From Desulfobacterales bacterium (lineage in GTDB: Bacteria > Desulfobacterota > Desulfobacteria > Desulfobacterales > UBA2174), in contig CAXXWC010000019.1 in assembly GCA_963668645.2 (NCBI GenBank), positions 320,001 through 384,000 on the forward strand: a DNA stretch of 64,000 bases, read 5' to 3'. The notes below the pieces were generated by a model. The model worked only from the letters and a program-made list of their open reading frames with translations, had not been told where the DNA came from and did not search any database. Below, piece after piece: positions 62,499 through 64,000 of this stretch (the first letter of the stretch is position 1; each line of letters starts with the position of its first letter). The translations under genes and the position numbers were made by a program.

Positions 62499-63364
62499 GG
62501 CACCTCCTGGTTGTAGGGATGTTGGTTCATAAAGGCGGCGAATTGGTCGGGGTTGAGGTGGGTGTATTTGAAGGTGTTTTTTCTCAGGCTGTGGCCGAGG
62601 ACTTCTTGGGTGATTTCGATGCCGGCGGCGCGGTTGAGATGAGTGGCTGCGGTGTGGCGGAACAATCTGGGGTGAAGGGCGTTTTCTATGCCCACAGTGT
62701 CTGCGGCCTTGCGGAAAATCTCCTGGATGGTGCGCGGGCAGATACGCTTTGCGCGTTTGGAGGTCAGCAGGGGACCGGTTCCCATGGTCCCGATATAGGC
62801 ACTGAGGACCACACACAAGGATTTGGGCAGCGCGAGAGAGCGGCAGCGGCGTCCCTTTTCGGTGACCCACAAAAGCCCGGAACCAATATCGACATCGTGG
62901 ACATCGATCATGCACAGGGTCGAGGTTCTCAGCCCCAAGGTGGCCAGCAGCAAGAAGATGACCAGGTTTCTCAGACCGAAAGGACCGTCAGCTTGATCAC
63001 TGAAGTAGCGCACAAGGCGATCCATCTGGCCCTGGGTCAGGAAGGCCGGCACAGTCTTTTCGATCTTTGAATAGGGCAGCTTGGTGGCGATGTTTTCGGC
63101 GACGTGGCCATGCAGGCTCAGGAAATGGTAAAACTGCCGCAGGGTCCAGACACGGGATTTCATCACATGGACGGAAGGCCGCTTGAATTCGCCAACGAAA
63201 TCGGATAGATCCAGATAGGTGATGTCCGTAATGAGTTCAACCTTGCGGATTTTCAGGAAAACACGAAATTCGTGCAATCGGATGGCCAGTGCCTGCTGGG
63301 AGCGCTGGGAGAAATTTGCAAGCTGGCAGTAGTCCAGGAACGAATTGGTGTGACTCTGAAGCAT
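62486..63364 (-). CDS. Tyrosine recombinase (first of trio)
   Basis: GLRTSTL, TEKGRR, PRLFRHT, LGH..NTFKYTH. Confidence 0.92.
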   Translation of the reverse strand: MLQSHTNSFLDYCQLANFSQRSQQALAIRLHEFRVFLKIRKVELITDITYLDLSDFVGEFKRPSVHVMKSRVWTLRQFYHFLSLHGHVAENIATKLPYSKIEKTVPAFLTQGQMDRLVRYFSDQADGPFGLRNLVIFLLLATLGLRTSTLCMIDVHDVDIGSGLLWVTEKGRRCRSLALPKSLCVVLSAYIGTMGTGPLLTSKRAKRICPRTIQEIFRKAADTVGIENALHPRLFRHTAATHLNRAAGIEITQEVLGHSLRKNTFKYTHLNPDQFAAFMNQHPYNQEVPCRS

Positions 63365-63465
63365 GACGCCCTTTCCATACCACGGGGGCACGCTTCACCG
63401 TCAACCCCTTGATTTTCAACCCTTCCCCGTCCTCACTGCGGGGTTTGTTGGTTAGGCAAAAAATA

Positions 63466-64000
63466 ATGGAAAAATTTCATAAGGAAATACTTGAAAGACA
63501 TCTCCCGTATCGTATGGTGCATCTTGACGGGCTCTGCTGGGCATGTAACATACTGTTATCAGGGGATACATCTGTCCCCGTCAGTATAATTATCGACGGA
63601 GCTACAAAAAATACAAGCTCTTCTGTTTATTTATTGACAAATCCCTTGGTGGAAGCAGGACTTCTTTACTGTCGTGTATTCCTAGGTTTTTTAGGTATAT
63701 ACTTAAACAGAAATACTCGGCAGCTTGCACAAATCGAGAAACCTGGTAAAGGTGATGATTTTAGTTTAACTAAGTTGGGTCTACCTTCTCTAACTGTTGA
63801 TGACCTTCTTTCAGCACCAACAGGTCGACCTGAAGAAATAGAAGCATCATGTCAGCGTACTCTGTTGTCTACAAACAAAGGTGTAGCTCATTTCACAGAT
63901 TCGGAAACACCTGGATCTCAAGTACATGATGCACTTTGTTGCGCAAATACTGTCATTTGGCTTATAGAGGAATTTGTTTATAAAAAATTGGACATTCCCC
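63466..64000 (+). CDS. Integron cassette 4 (runs off the right edge): hypothetical, possibly HEPN-like
   Basis: Manual translation MEKFHKEILERHLPYRM...VEAGLLYCRVFLGFL...TNKGVAHFT..., open to the window end, ATG 15 bp after the G of GTTAGGC. Confidence 0.65.
   Translation, partial: MEKFHKEILERHLPYRMVHLDGLCWACNILLSGDTSVPVSIIIDGATKNTSSSVYLLTNPLVEAGLLYCRVFLGFLGIYLNRNTRQLAQIEKPGKGDDFSLTKLGLPSLTVDDLLSAPTGRPEEIEASCQRTLLSTNKGVAHFTDSETPGSQVHDALCCANTVIWLIEEFVYKKLDIP

Larger units (their letters stand above)
60390..63450 (-). mobile_element. Three-tyrosine-recombinase (RIT-like) element inserted in attC3
   Basis: Three overlapping XerC/D-type genes, higher GC than cassettes, imperfect terminal IR AACCTCGCGGTAAGG / CCTCACTGCGGGGTT (12/15). 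Confidence 0.85.

Overview
GC-rich bacterial chromosome segment. Gene content (sigma54 regulators, TRAP systems, RACo, sdh/frd type) suggests an anaerobic Desulfobacterota-like organism; this is an inference. Left to right: a TAXI-TRAP transporter divergent from an sdh/frd CAB + carboxyltransferase operon; a two-component system; housekeeping genes (menA, yebC, rlmE, radA, mltB-like); tRNA-Glu followed by a decayed phage-like island (truncated ISL3, a low-GC nucleoid-associated protein + membrane protein pair, an S24 repressor remnant); a sigma54-driven dehydrogenase / split transketolase / TRAP catabolic locus with a duplicated enhancer; an ECF-sigma-controlled RND efflux locus with a duplicated promoter motif; a SorC-regulated RuBisCO-like-protein operon (ComB-like phosphatase, RLP, Tm-1/UPF0261 protein, two PEP-hydrolase-like TIM barrels); a cobalamin riboswitch before a RACo/ASKHA gene; and an integron with a broken integrase and at least four low-GC, defence-like cassettes. 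Best novelty candidates: (1) a three-tyrosine-recombinase element inserted at the recombination point of an attC site, (2) the RLP operon, (3) the nucleoid-associated protein + membrane protein pair and the integron cassettes as candidate anti-phage systems. All family assignments are by motif recognition only; no searches were run.
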